A stretch of DNA of 64,000 nucleotides. It comes from Candidatus Saccharimonadota bacterium (lineage in GTDB: Bacteria; Patescibacteriota; Saccharimonadia; Saccharimonadales; JAGQNK01). A program made the translations under genes and the position numbers. The stretch lies in contig JAGQNK010000011.1 of the NCBI GenBank assembly GCA_020428105.1, positions 22,203 through 86,202 of the forward strand. The letters are read 5' to 3'. Of this stretch, positions 55,707-64,000 are shown piece after piece (the stretch's first letter is position 1; the number at the start of each line of letters is the position of its first letter). Below the pieces are notes generated by a model. It worked only from the letters and a program-made list of their open reading frames with translations, was not told the origin of the DNA and did not search any database.

Positions 55707-58307
55707 CTACTTACGCTTTCGACTTTTAGCTTTTGATTTTCGTTGACGCTCCTGTTTGCGAGCTTTTTTACGCTTTGCAGCAGCTTGCTTATTTACTTCT
55801 AACTCAACATCCTGCGGAACAAAGTCTGTTTCATGATATTCTTCTCCCTCGAGAATCTTGTCGGCATTATCGACAGATTGACGAGCAGCTTTAGTAAGCT
55901 CAGTCTCGACAGTACGACTCAAATCAACGGGCTCTGCATGGAACAGTGTACGCACTACATCATGACGTAATGTCAACTGCATGGCTTCAAACATTTGTTG
56001 TGCCTGACGACGGTATTCCACTAGCGGATCACGTTGTCCAACCGATATCCAGTGAATACCTTCGCGCAAGTGATCCATACTCTCCAAATGCTCCATCCAG
56101 AGGTTGTCCAATATCTGCAGGTAAATATCACGCTCAACCTTTCGCATAATCTCTGGTGTAAAGGCCGACTCCCTAGCTTCGTAAAGTTCCATTGCTTCCT
56201 GAGCTAATACTTCGCCGAATTTGTCTGACTCAGCGTCGAACAACCTATCCAATGTTTTGTCGTCAAAAGGAAATACTTCTGTCAAGTAAGCCTCAAAATC
56301 CTCGCTCATTAGCTGAGGAGAATTGGCCAAAACCCTTGCCTCTTCTTCTATGAAGAGCTTGATGCGCTTCTGGATATCTGCTTGCGTCAAGATCTCGCGA
56401 CGCATTACATAGGTTGCTTTGCGGTGACGGTTCATGACGTCGTCGTATTGAACAACATTTTTGCGCGCATCGAAGTTATAGCCTTCGACTTTCTTCTGTG
56501 CACCTTCGAGTGACTTGCTGATGACACGGTTCTCGATTGGCATATCATCCTCAACACCAAGACGGCTCATGATGCCGGCAATACGTTCACCGCCAAAAAT
56601 ACGCATCAGGTCATCTTCTGTACTAACAAAGAACTGGCTAGAGCCTGGATCACCCTGACGCCCAGAACGCCCACGCAACTGGTTATCTACCCGGCGCGAC
56701 TCGTTACGATCAGTTCCAATTACATGCAACCCACCTAGTTTTTTGACATCTTTACCCAACACGATATCTGTTCCACGACCGGCAATGTTGGTTGCCAGCG
56801 TAACCGCGCCCTTCTCGCCAGCTTTTGCAACAATTGTTGCTTCGCGCTCATTATTTTTGGCGTTGAGCATTTGGTGAGGAATTTTCTCCTTAGTAAGTAA
56901 CTTATCAAGCACCTCGTTTTTCTCGATAGTCGCCGTACCAACCAACACCGGCTGGCCTTTTTCGTGCAACTCTTTTATCTCACGCGCTATTGCCTGAAAC
57001 TTGCCTGCTTCGGTGCGATATATCCTATCTGGTCTATCGTCTCGCACCACTGGCCGATTTGATGGAATCTCGATAACGTCGAGCTTGTAAATCTGGTGAA
57101 ATTCTTCGGCCTCGGTAGAAGCTGTTCCTGTCATACCTGACAACTTTTCGTACAGACGGAAATAATTTTGAAAAGAAATAGTTGCCAAAGTCATTGACTC
57201 TTCCTGAACCTCTACACCCTCTTTGGCCTCAATGGCTTGGTGCAAACCCTCGTTGTAGCGTCGGCCAGCTAGCAAACGTCCGGTAAATTCATCGACAATC
57301 ACCACTTCGCCGTCTTTGGTGACCACATAATCTTTATCACGTTTAAACAACGCTTGAGCTTTCAAGGCTTGCTCCAAGTGATAGATTGTACGAATATTAT
57401 CAACACCGTAAAGGTTCTTGATACCTAAGATCTTCTCTACCTTGTCAACACCATCGTCAGTCAGAACAACAGATTTACGCTTTTCATCAACTTCATAATG
57501 ATCATCACGCTTCAAGTTTCGTACAACTTTGGAGAACTGTCCGTACGAGCTACCGCTCGTTACGCTTGGTGCTGAGATAATCAACGGTGTACGTGCCTCA
57601 TCAATCAAAATAGAGTCAACTTCGTCAACAATTGCATAATGTAATTCCCTCTGTCGTAGTTGATCTTCTTCACGAACCATATTGTCACGTAAATAATCAA
57701 AACCATATTCATTGTTTGTGCCATAAGTAATATCAGCCGCGTATGCCTCTTGGCGGGTACATGGCTTGAGGTGTTGCATACGAGGATCGTCGTGTTCTTT
57801 GTTGACAAACTTGGCATCATATATGAACGACTGTTCTGGGATAATGACACCGACACTCAGGCCTAAAAAGTCATAAACTTGACTCATCCATCCAGCATCA
57901 CGCTGAGCCAAATAATCGTTTACCGTAACGACATGTACACCCTTGCCGGTCAGTGCATTTAGATAAACAGGTGCCGTTGCAACAAGTGTCTTTCCTTCAC
58001 CAGTCTTCATCTCTGCCACATTTCCTTCGTGCAGAGCCATGCCTCCAATTAGCTGAACATCAAAGTGTCGCTGACCAAGGGTTCTAGTTGCAGCTTCGCG
58101 CACTACCGCAAAAGCATCTGGTAAAATCGCATCCAGAGATTCTTTGCCCAAACGCTTTTTGAGCTTAGCGGTCTGCTCTTTGAGCTTTTTGTCCGACATT
58201 TTTTCGTACTTATCAGCTAGCGCATTAATGTCGCGCACTCGCTTTTTGAGTCTTTTGAGTGTTCGGATTTGCGGATCACCCAGGACGCGCTTAAGAACTT
58301 TTTTCAC
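55707..58307 (-). CDS. secA: preprotein translocase ATPase SecA
   Basis: KTGEGKTLVATAPVYLNALTGKGVHVVTVNDYLAQRD (DEAD motor), 866 aa, basic C-terminal tail. Confidence 0.95.
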   Translation of the reverse strand: MKKVLKRVLGDPQIRTLKRLKKRVRDINALADKYEKMSDKKLKEQTAKLKKRLGKESLDAILPDAFAVVREAATRTLGQRHFDVQLIGGMALHEGNVAEMKTGEGKTLVATAPVYLNALTGKGVHVVTVNDYLAQRDAGWMSQVYDFLGLSVGVIIPEQSFIYDAKFVNKEHDDPRMQHLKPCTRQEAYAADITYGTNNEYGFDYLRDNMVREEDQLRQRELHYAIVDEVDSILIDEARTPLIISAPSVTSGSSYGQFSKVVRNLKRDDHYEVDEKRKSVVLTDDGVDKVEKILGIKNLYGVDNIRTIYHLEQALKAQALFKRDKDYVVTKDGEVVIVDEFTGRLLAGRRYNEGLHQAIEAKEGVEVQEESMTLATISFQNYFRLYEKLSGMTGTASTEAEEFHQIYKLDVIEIPSNRPVVRDDRPDRIYRTEAGKFQAIAREIKELHEKGQPVLVGTATIEKNEVLDKLLTKEKIPHQMLNAKNNEREATIVAKAGEKGAVTLATNIAGRGTDIVLGKDVKKLGGLHVIGTDRNESRRVDNQLRGRSGRQGDPGSSQFFVSTEDDLMRIFGGERIAGIMSRLGVEDDMPIENRVISKSLEGAQKKVEGYNFDARKNVVQYDDVMNRHRKATYVMRREILTQADIQKRIKLFIEEEARVLANSPQLMSEDFEAYLTEVFPFDDKTLDRLFDAESDKFGEVLAQEAMELYEARESAFTPEIMRKVERDIYLQILDNLWMEHLESMDHLREGIHWISVGQRDPLVEYRRQAQQMFEAMQLTLRHDVVRTLFHAEPVDLSRTVETELTKAARQSVDNADKILEGEEYHETDFVPQDVELEVNKQAAAKRKKARKQERQRKSKAKSRKRK

Positions 58308-58402
58308 ACTTGCCTCCCTCTACGGATTTCTGGTCATTACAACAATAAAACTATTGTACCTCATAGAGGTGACAAGAGCTAAACGTAATTTTGACAATTA
58401 TT

Positions 58403-58771
58403 CTATACTTCGTCTTGCACCAGCCGGATATGGCGCAAAACACGCCTATGCAATCTAGTTACGCTATGCGCATCTTTGTACTTTTTGATCTGATTTTTAA
58501 GCTTGGCTTCAACTATATCAACTGCGGCAAAAATATTCATTGTTGACTCTTTGGCAGTAACATTCCCCTTTGGTAAGCGTATTGTCACCTCAGCAGTACA
58601 TTGTTTTTTCTTCTTGATCATCTGTTCCTTTAAGAACACTTCGGCGTGCGCACTTTTGCGAGCATGTCTAGGCAAGTACTTATCTAGTTTTCCGATCTTT
58701 TTCATTACATAGTCGTTCAATTTCTTGTCCACCTCCATATGAACACCTGTAATGTCGAGTTTTTGAATCAT
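58403..58771 (-). CDS. hpf: ribosome hibernation promoting factor (HPF/RaiA family)
   Basis: MIQKLDITGVHMEVDKKLNDYVMKKIGKLDKYL is the sigma54-modulation/HPF beta-alpha-beta fold signature. Confidence 0.8.
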   Translation of the reverse strand: MIQKLDITGVHMEVDKKLNDYVMKKIGKLDKYLPRHARKSAHAEVFLKEQMIKKKKQCTAEVTIRLPKGNVTAKESTMNIFAAVDIVEAKLKNQIKKYKDAHSVTRLHRRVLRHIRLVQDEV

Positions 58772-58793
58772 AACCTTACCCTCCTATTAATCC

Positions 58794-60107
58794 TTAAATC
58801 TGCTCACGACCACCCATATATGGCCTGAGTACTTCCGGAACCACTACATTACCATCTGCTGTCTGGTTATTCTCGATAATTGCAATCAACGGACGCTGAG
58901 AAAATGCCGTCGCATCGTTTGTGTGCGCAAGTTCAATCGAGCCATCTTGTCTGCGAACACGAGTCTTCATGGCACGAGCTTGATAGTCTGCTATGTAATC
59001 TGCTGTGTGGGTTTCTCGATAAGTCTGCTGGCTCGGCAACCATACTTCTAGATCCACGCCCTTGGCGTTTGGCCGACCGATGTCGGCTGTACACTTCTCT
59101 AGTACGTGATACGGCAAACCGAGTTGTTGCATCAAGTACTCCTGAATGGCAACCAAAAAGAGATGCTCCTGCAGCGAGTCGTCAGCCGTAGTAAAGCTCT
59201 CCATCTCTAGTTTGTTAAATTGATGAAGTCTAAATATACCCTCTGTATCCTTGCCGTACGTTCCTGCTTCTTTGCGAAAGGCTGTAGTGTATCCAACATA
59301 CCGGATTGGCAGTTCGGACTCGGGCAAAATCTCGTCCAAATACATCGGTGAGATCGTATGTTCTGCGCTTGCATTCATCCACAAATCTTCTTCTTCGAAC
59401 TTATATGTTTGTTCTTCTCTGTTCAGTCGCCCAGTGGCCTCAAACACCGCCTTTTTGGCAACTGCCGGTGGCAACACTGGAGTAAACGGCTTAGCATTTA
59501 CCTTCAGGTTATTTTTATCAATAATTTGCTGTAGTACTTCCTGATCGCCAAGAATATTCATGCCATACTGCCACAATGCAAACTCCAAACGGACCAAGTC
59601 ACCTTTGGTATATACGAACCTTGCACCAGCAATCTTTGTTGCCCGTTCCTTGTCTAGCCATCCCTTCGCTTCAGCAATTTCGGCATGATTCTTGGGTATA
59701 AAATCAAATTTCTTTGGCTCTCCAACTGTTTTGACCACCACATTCTCGTCTTCTGTGGCCCCAATAGGTACACTATCCAGTGGCATATTCGGCACTTGTT
59801 TTAGCAAATCTACAAACTCTTTATCGATCGATGCAAACTGATGCTCTAGGTCAGCCAAACGTTCTTTGACTTCCTTACCCCTTGCGATCACCTCATCAGA
59901 TGGCTTGCCACCCTTCATACTACTGGCTATCTCGTTGCGCTCCCGTCGTAATTCATCTATCTGCGCCAACAGCACTCGGCGTTTGCTATCGAAGCCCAGC
60001 AATTGCTTTACATCGATATCGTAGCCCTTTTGCTTGGACTTCTCTACCACCAGATCCGGATTATCTCGAATATACTGAATATCTAACATACCTATATTAT
60101 ACGGCAA
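58794..60107 (-). CDS. serS: serine--tRNA ligase
   Basis: N-terminal coiled-coil arm (MLDIQYIRDNPD...) and class II core motifs. The likely start is the internal ATG at 60089. Confidence 0.95.
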   Translation of the reverse strand: MPYNIGMLDIQYIRDNPDLVVEKSKQKGYDIDVKQLLGFDSKRRVLLAQIDELRRERNEIASSMKGGKPSDEVIARGKEVKERLADLEHQFASIDKEFVDLLKQVPNMPLDSVPIGATEDENVVVKTVGEPKKFDFIPKNHAEIAEAKGWLDKERATKIAGARFVYTKGDLVRLEFALWQYGMNILGDQEVLQQIIDKNNLKVNAKPFTPVLPPAVAKKAVFEATGRLNREEQTYKFEEEDLWMNASAEHTISPMYLDEILPESELPIRYVGYTTAFRKEAGTYGKDTEGIFRLHQFNKLEMESFTTADDSLQEHLFLVAIQEYLMQQLGLPYHVLEKCTADIGRPNAKGVDLEVWLPSQQTYRETHTADYIADYQARAMKTRVRRQDGSIELAHTNDATAFSQRPLIAIIENNQTADGNVVVPEVLRPYMGGREQI

Positions 60108-60168
60108 TTCGGCGTATTATCGAGAATTCAGATACGATATCCGTCGCAGCTACTAGTATTGTATTTAT

Positions 60169-60819
60169 CTAGATCTGCTCGGAGATAACTGTCAATCGTT
60201 CGTTGTAAGTTCGTGAATTTGCATCATAGCTACCACTACAAGTAACCAGATTGAGCTGGTTCTTTATGCTGGGATTTTGGGAAAACATAATACTCACCGA
60301 ATCTTTGACTGGTGCTGATTTTTTGTCCACCACCCTAAAGGTTCGTCTACTGCCATCGCCAAATTCTACCGAGAATTCTTCTCCTTTATTTAGTCTATTT
60401 AAATTCTTGAATACACCGTCATTTTGTCTACCGGTTACATGTCCATCAATGAGACTTAGACCCATCTCGCCTGGCCTGACCGTATCTACAAACCAGCCAA
60501 CCATATGAAGGTTATTCGGTACAGCTACTTCGTTGTTTTGATCGACACCAACTTTTTGTATAAATGTATCGACAGCGATACTTGGAATAATTATTTTCTT
60601 TGGATCTTTTGCCCCACCCTGCCACTGGAAGTTATAGTCTGGCTTTTCCTCGCTAGGCTTATCAGTAGAGTAGCGAATCACATCGTCTTTGCTGGGTAAT
60701 GCCGAATTGCTTGAGCGAGTGCTGGTAACTCGCCAGACAATCAGTCCACACACAATCAATGCCAGTAGGATGATGGCAAGGAGTACCTTTTTGTTACGAA
60801 ATCGTTTGCGAGCTGGCAT
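60169..60819 (-). CDS. sortase (class E/F-like transpeptidase)
   Basis: N-terminal basic and TM anchor, catalytic His (LIDGHVTG), TLxTC motif (LNLVTCSG) and a conserved Arg downstream. Confidence 0.8.
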   Translation of the reverse strand: MPARKRFRNKKVLLAIILLALIVCGLIVWRVTSTRSSNSALPSKDDVIRYSTDKPSEEKPDYNFQWQGGAKDPKKIIIPSIAVDTFIQKVGVDQNNEVAVPNNLHMVGWFVDTVRPGEMGLSLIDGHVTGRQNDGVFKNLNRLNKGEEFSVEFGDGSRRTFRVVDKKSAPVKDSVSIMFSQNPSIKNQLNLVTCSGSYDANSRTYNERLTVISEQI

Positions 60820-60828
60820 ACAATACTT

Positions 60829-62529
60829 CTACAACCCCGTATTCGGTGCGCCAACAGTTTGGATGGCTAAGCCGGCTGGGTCTACGATAGTGCCGTTTTG
60901 CAGTCCGTCTATGTCTCGTTTACTTCCGTCTATGACTTGGTAGGTAGTTTTGATGACTTGTTTACCACTTATTGTTTGGTTAGTTATGGTAGCGTCTGTG
61001 ATGCTGAAATAGGCATTGGTGTTCGGGTTGTATTTTCTAAGTACTAAATCTCCAGTGGTTCCATAATGGTATTGGACTATGTTGGCACTAAAGCCAGGTG
61101 TACCACAGCTGATAGTGAAGTTCATTAGTCCCGCTGGATAGTCATAGGCAGGATCTTTTACGGTATTACCATCTTCACTCTGAGAGCTAACTGACGAAAT
61201 ACTACAGTTAGTAGGTACTTCTAGGATGGAGTAGTCACCTGATACCGGATTGATGTAGCTCGCTACGTTGACTTGTTGGGAGTCTGGGGTGCCGTCTTTG
61301 TTGCGGTCAACATTACTCAATACCTTAACTGTTCGAGTAACCGCCGTGGCCTGATTGCCAGCATCATCTTCAACATTGTAAGTGATAGTGTAAACGCCAG
61401 GATTGTTTACATCCACGGGATTATTCGTCACAATGCGACTAGTTAAATTACCAGCTAGGCTATCGTTTGCGGTTGCACCTGCGTCCATATATACATCTCC
61501 TTGCATTAATGTCTCGGACACATTACCAGTCAGTGTAATTACTGGAATAGTAGTATCGACTGTCCAGGAATAGCTTTGGCTGGCGCTATCATTTGTAGCA
61601 GTATCAGTTCCTATTATATCTATGGTATGTGAACCTTCTGTAAGGGCGGATAGATTATACGGGCTGGTGCACGACTGACTACTAGAAAGATCTATGCTAC
61701 AACTAAAACTAACCGGTGTTGAAAGTGCATCATTTCCACTGAAAGTAAAGCTTGGGCTAGTATCGTTGGAAACTAGATCTGGAAAGTCCGTGATACTAAC
61801 AGTTGGGTCAGTAGTGTCCCAAATAAAAGTAAAATCATCTTGGGATTGGTTGCCAGCATTATCAATGACTGTTAGGCGCATAATATATGTACCATCTTGG
61901 TCAGCACTCATAGTGCTGGTTAGGCTACTTGCATCGGATAACGTAACAGTTCCCGGGCCACTTTGTTTTGACCATGCATAAGAGCTAATCCCGCTTCCGC
62001 TATCACTGGCAGTTGCGGTTGTTTGAACAAAACTTGTGTTATTGTTGTGGTTGCTTCCAGCGTTAACTGCTGATGTAGTGATATCATAGGTGAAACTAGA
62101 GTTATCGACCCCATATTCAGTCTCACCAGTATAGTTTGCCCGAATGTACAAAGTAGAAGATCCCTCTGTCGGAGCAGATATGTCTGATCCGGCACTTGCA
62201 CAATTAGCGGACGACCAGCTCGAATTGTCCCAGCTATATTCACAACCATTTGCATCACTCCAGTCTACTGATGGGTTCCATGAATTGATTATAGATAAAT
62301 CAATTGGACTAGTAACGCTGATACTTGGAGTATATATAAAAGTTTGCCACGAAAGGAACGGGTAACCATCATTATCAGTTGAGTTGATATTCCAATAGTT
62401 ATTATTTGCCGCATCGTTATTCGGATTACCGACAAAATCCCAAGCCGTTGTTAGACCAGTTGAAGTAGAAGTATTGGTGAATGTAGCGACATTTTTCATC
62501 TCGGTAGTTGTCTTGGCTGTACCACCCAA
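60829..62529 (-). CDS. large Thr/Ser/Asn-rich surface protein segment with Ig-like/cadherin-like repeats ending in APNTGL
   Basis: Repetitive beta-rich composition. The TTG start is not independently supported. It is in frame with the upstream GLUG ORF across a single TAA. Confidence 0.5.
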   Translation of the reverse strand: MGGTAKTTTEMKNVATFTNTSTSTGLTTAWDFVGNPNNDAANNNYWNINSTDNDGYPFLSWQTFIYTPSISVTSPIDLSIINSWNPSVDWSDANGCEYSWDNSSWSSANCASAGSDISAPTEGSSTLYIRANYTGETEYGVDNSSFTYDITTSAVNAGSNHNNNTSFVQTTATASDSGSGISSYAWSKQSGPGTVTLSDASSLTSTMSADQDGTYIMRLTVIDNAGNQSQDDFTFIWDTTDPTVSITDFPDLVSNDTSPSFTFSGNDALSTPVSFSCSIDLSSSQSCTSPYNLSALTEGSHTIDIIGTDTATNDSASQSYSWTVDTTIPVITLTGNVSETLMQGDVYMDAGATANDSLAGNLTSRIVTNNPVDVNNPGVYTITYNVEDDAGNQATAVTRTVKVLSNVDRNKDGTPDSQQVNVASYINPVSGDYSILEVPTNCSISSVSSQSEDGNTVKDPAYDYPAGLMNFTISCGTPGFSANIVQYHYGTTGDLVLRKYNPNTNAYFSITDATITNQTISGKQVIKTTYQVIDGSKRDIDGLQNGTIVDPAGLAIQTVGAPNTGL

Positions 62530-62550
62530 GCTAGTCGCTTGTCCACTAGT

Positions 62551-63495
62551 TTATGAATCCCAAAATGCATTTGTAGCACTACCTCCACTTGAGTAACCAA
62601 CTAGCCCACCTATATTTGACCCACTGGGTACCGTTACCGGTCCCGTGGAATAGGCGTTTGTAATAGTTGAGAAATTGCCACCTACTAATCCACCAAATTT
62701 TGAACCACCGGTTGGACCGATAACATCGCCAGTCGCGTATGAATTTAAAATACCACCAACGTTTGCTCCAGTAAGCCCACCAGACCAACCTACTACGGAC
62801 GTAGTGTTTACATTACCGGTTGAAGCTGATTCTTCAATCGGACAGTAAGCATAGCCAACTAATCCCCCGGTGCGAGTTGTACCTGTGATATCAGCCGAGG
62901 AGGTCGAGTGTCTAATCGTACCAGCACTGGTATGGCACCAACCAATTACTCCTCCGATGCCACCATTAGAGCCTCCGCCCGTTACGGTGCCACTGACATA
63001 TGTATTCTCAACTGTGGAAGTGGAATTATAGTATCCTATCAATCCCCCAGTATATTCATAGCCAGTTATATTTACATTAGCCAAGGTAACATTTTTTACG
63101 ACCCCATTTCCGGTTACATAACCGAACAACCCCATACGAGAGGAGCTAGGTCGGTTAATATAGAGACCTGAAATTGTATGGCCATTACCATCAAAATTCG
63201 CATTAAACTGTGAGCTATTATTACCAATAGGTGTCCAACCGGATCCTGTATTATACGGTGCGACGTCTAAATTGATGTCATTGGCCAGTTCAAAATATTT
63301 ACTGCTATTGCCAGCACCTAAATAACTGCTCAAGCTAGCTAGCTCGGCCGGCGTGCTGATCTGGTACGGGTCACTAGATGTGCCAGTCCCTCCAGAAAAT
63401 GCCAAGACTTTATGTGGCATAACTACCATTAGTAGACTACTGAAAGCGATAAATCCAGCAAGTGATATACGGATCATCCTGTTAATAGCGTTCAT
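62551..63495 (-). CDS. secreted GLUG-motif repeat protein (N-terminal part of a surface protein)
   Basis: Signal peptide (MNAINRMIRISLAGFIAFSSLLMVVMPHKVLA) and repeated GGLVGY/GGLIGY/GGVIGW GLUG-like motifs. Confidence 0.5.
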   Translation of the reverse strand: MNAINRMIRISLAGFIAFSSLLMVVMPHKVLAFSGGTGTSSDPYQISTPAELASLSSYLGAGNSSKYFELANDINLDVAPYNTGSGWTPIGNNSSQFNANFDGNGHTISGLYINRPSSSRMGLFGYVTGNGVVKNVTLANVNITGYEYTGGLIGYYNSTSTVENTYVSGTVTGGGSNGGIGGVIGWCHTSAGTIRHSTSSADITGTTRTGGLVGYAYCPIEESASTGNVNTTSVVGWSGGLTGANVGGILNSYATGDVIGPTGGSKFGGLVGGNFSTITNAYSTGPVTVPSGSNIGGLVGYSSGGSATNAFWDS

Positions 63496-63662
63496 TTTTA
63501 TATAATCCCTTTTCGCACTTATTTTTACCCTTAACCATAATTATAGAGAACACATAAGCATTTTGCTATATATTCGTTTGCATATAATTAGTAAAATATT
63601 TTACATATACAGCCTGTATCATGCGTAGTTATGATTGACTACTAGCCGACACGTTCTCAATA

Positions 63663-63980
63663 TTATGTGGTCTTCTTGGGACTATTTCGCACTGCTTCTA
63701 ACGTCAACTGTGTGCGTTTTTTAGCATATTCACAGAAATCACAGGGGCCGCCCATGGCAGCAGTGCCGACGGCTGGCATGTCGCCGTCTAGGCATTTTTT
63801 CATCTTGACCAGTGTTTTTTCTACCCATTTATCGCTACCAACGTGAGGAAATACATTGGTACGGAACTCTAGCAAATTATTAAAACCGTCTTTACTCACG
63901 TCTGCGTTGGCATACACAAAATAGCCGGTGTTGCTGACTTTGTGACCATTGGCACGCAGCAACCACTGATAGACCTCCAT
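63663..63980 (-). CDS. hypothetical protein with a CxxC-containing C-terminus
   Basis: ORF only. KCLDGD...GGPCDFCEY is a possible metal or Fe-S binding motif. Confidence 0.25.
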   Translation of the reverse strand: MEVYQWLLRANGHKVSNTGYFVYANADVSKDGFNNLLEFRTNVFPHVGSDKWVEKTLVKMKKCLDGDMPAVGTAAMGGPCDFCEYAKKRTQLTLEAVRNSPKKTT

Positions 63981-64000
63981 CTGACGCCTATAGCTATCCT

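Overview
This is a 64 kb fragment of a compact, gene-dense, low-GC (~45%) bacterial genome that uses the standard genetic code. TGA, TAA and TAG all terminate confident genes; ftsW, for example, ends in TGA. The gene content and split operon architecture suggest a reduced-genome (CPR/Saccharibacteria-like) organism, but that is inference only.

Most of the window is housekeeping. I can support the following, in order: the der (engA) 3' end, pth, dprA-topA, a sigma-region-4/HARE-HTH protein, a partial dcw cluster on the minus strand (mraZ, rsmH, ftsL, ftsI, mraY, ftsW, murG, ftsQ), a yvcK-like gene, a GH1 beta-glucosidase, an alkD-like gene, recO, glyQS, xseA/xseB, a THUMP-type RNA methyltransferase, rpmA, pyrG, ctpA, a PcsB-like CHAP hydrolase with ftsE/ftsX, prfB, an M16 peptidase, secA, hpf, serS and a sortase with two large surface-protein ORFs.

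The accessory-looking material falls in four places. (1) A run of same-strand genes at 22.1-26.6 kb (NYN nuclease, VOC, PIF1-like helicase, an unknown 354-aa protein, a GGCT-like protein), divergent from a wHTH protein at 26.7-27.6 kb. (2) A run of unknown genes downstream of glyQS at 29.0-32.3 kb (MazG-like, HExxH, a double-HTH protein, a possible nucleotidyltransferase-like protein). (3) A degenerate histidine-kinase/receiver pair co-transcribed with recO. (4) A high-GC IS481-family insertion sequence at about 44.3-45.4 kb.

Other observations worth a second look are a GTGGGT direct-repeat array upstream of mraZ (a candidate MraZ operator), a 470-bp structured non-coding stretch upstream of dprA, two genes interrupted by single in-frame stop codons whose downstream sequence stays homologous or in frame, a hexanucleotide SSR inside a TolB-like gene, and sortase-substrate-like C-termini carrying xNTG rather than LPxTG. 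I found no CRISPR array, rRNA or convincing tRNA.
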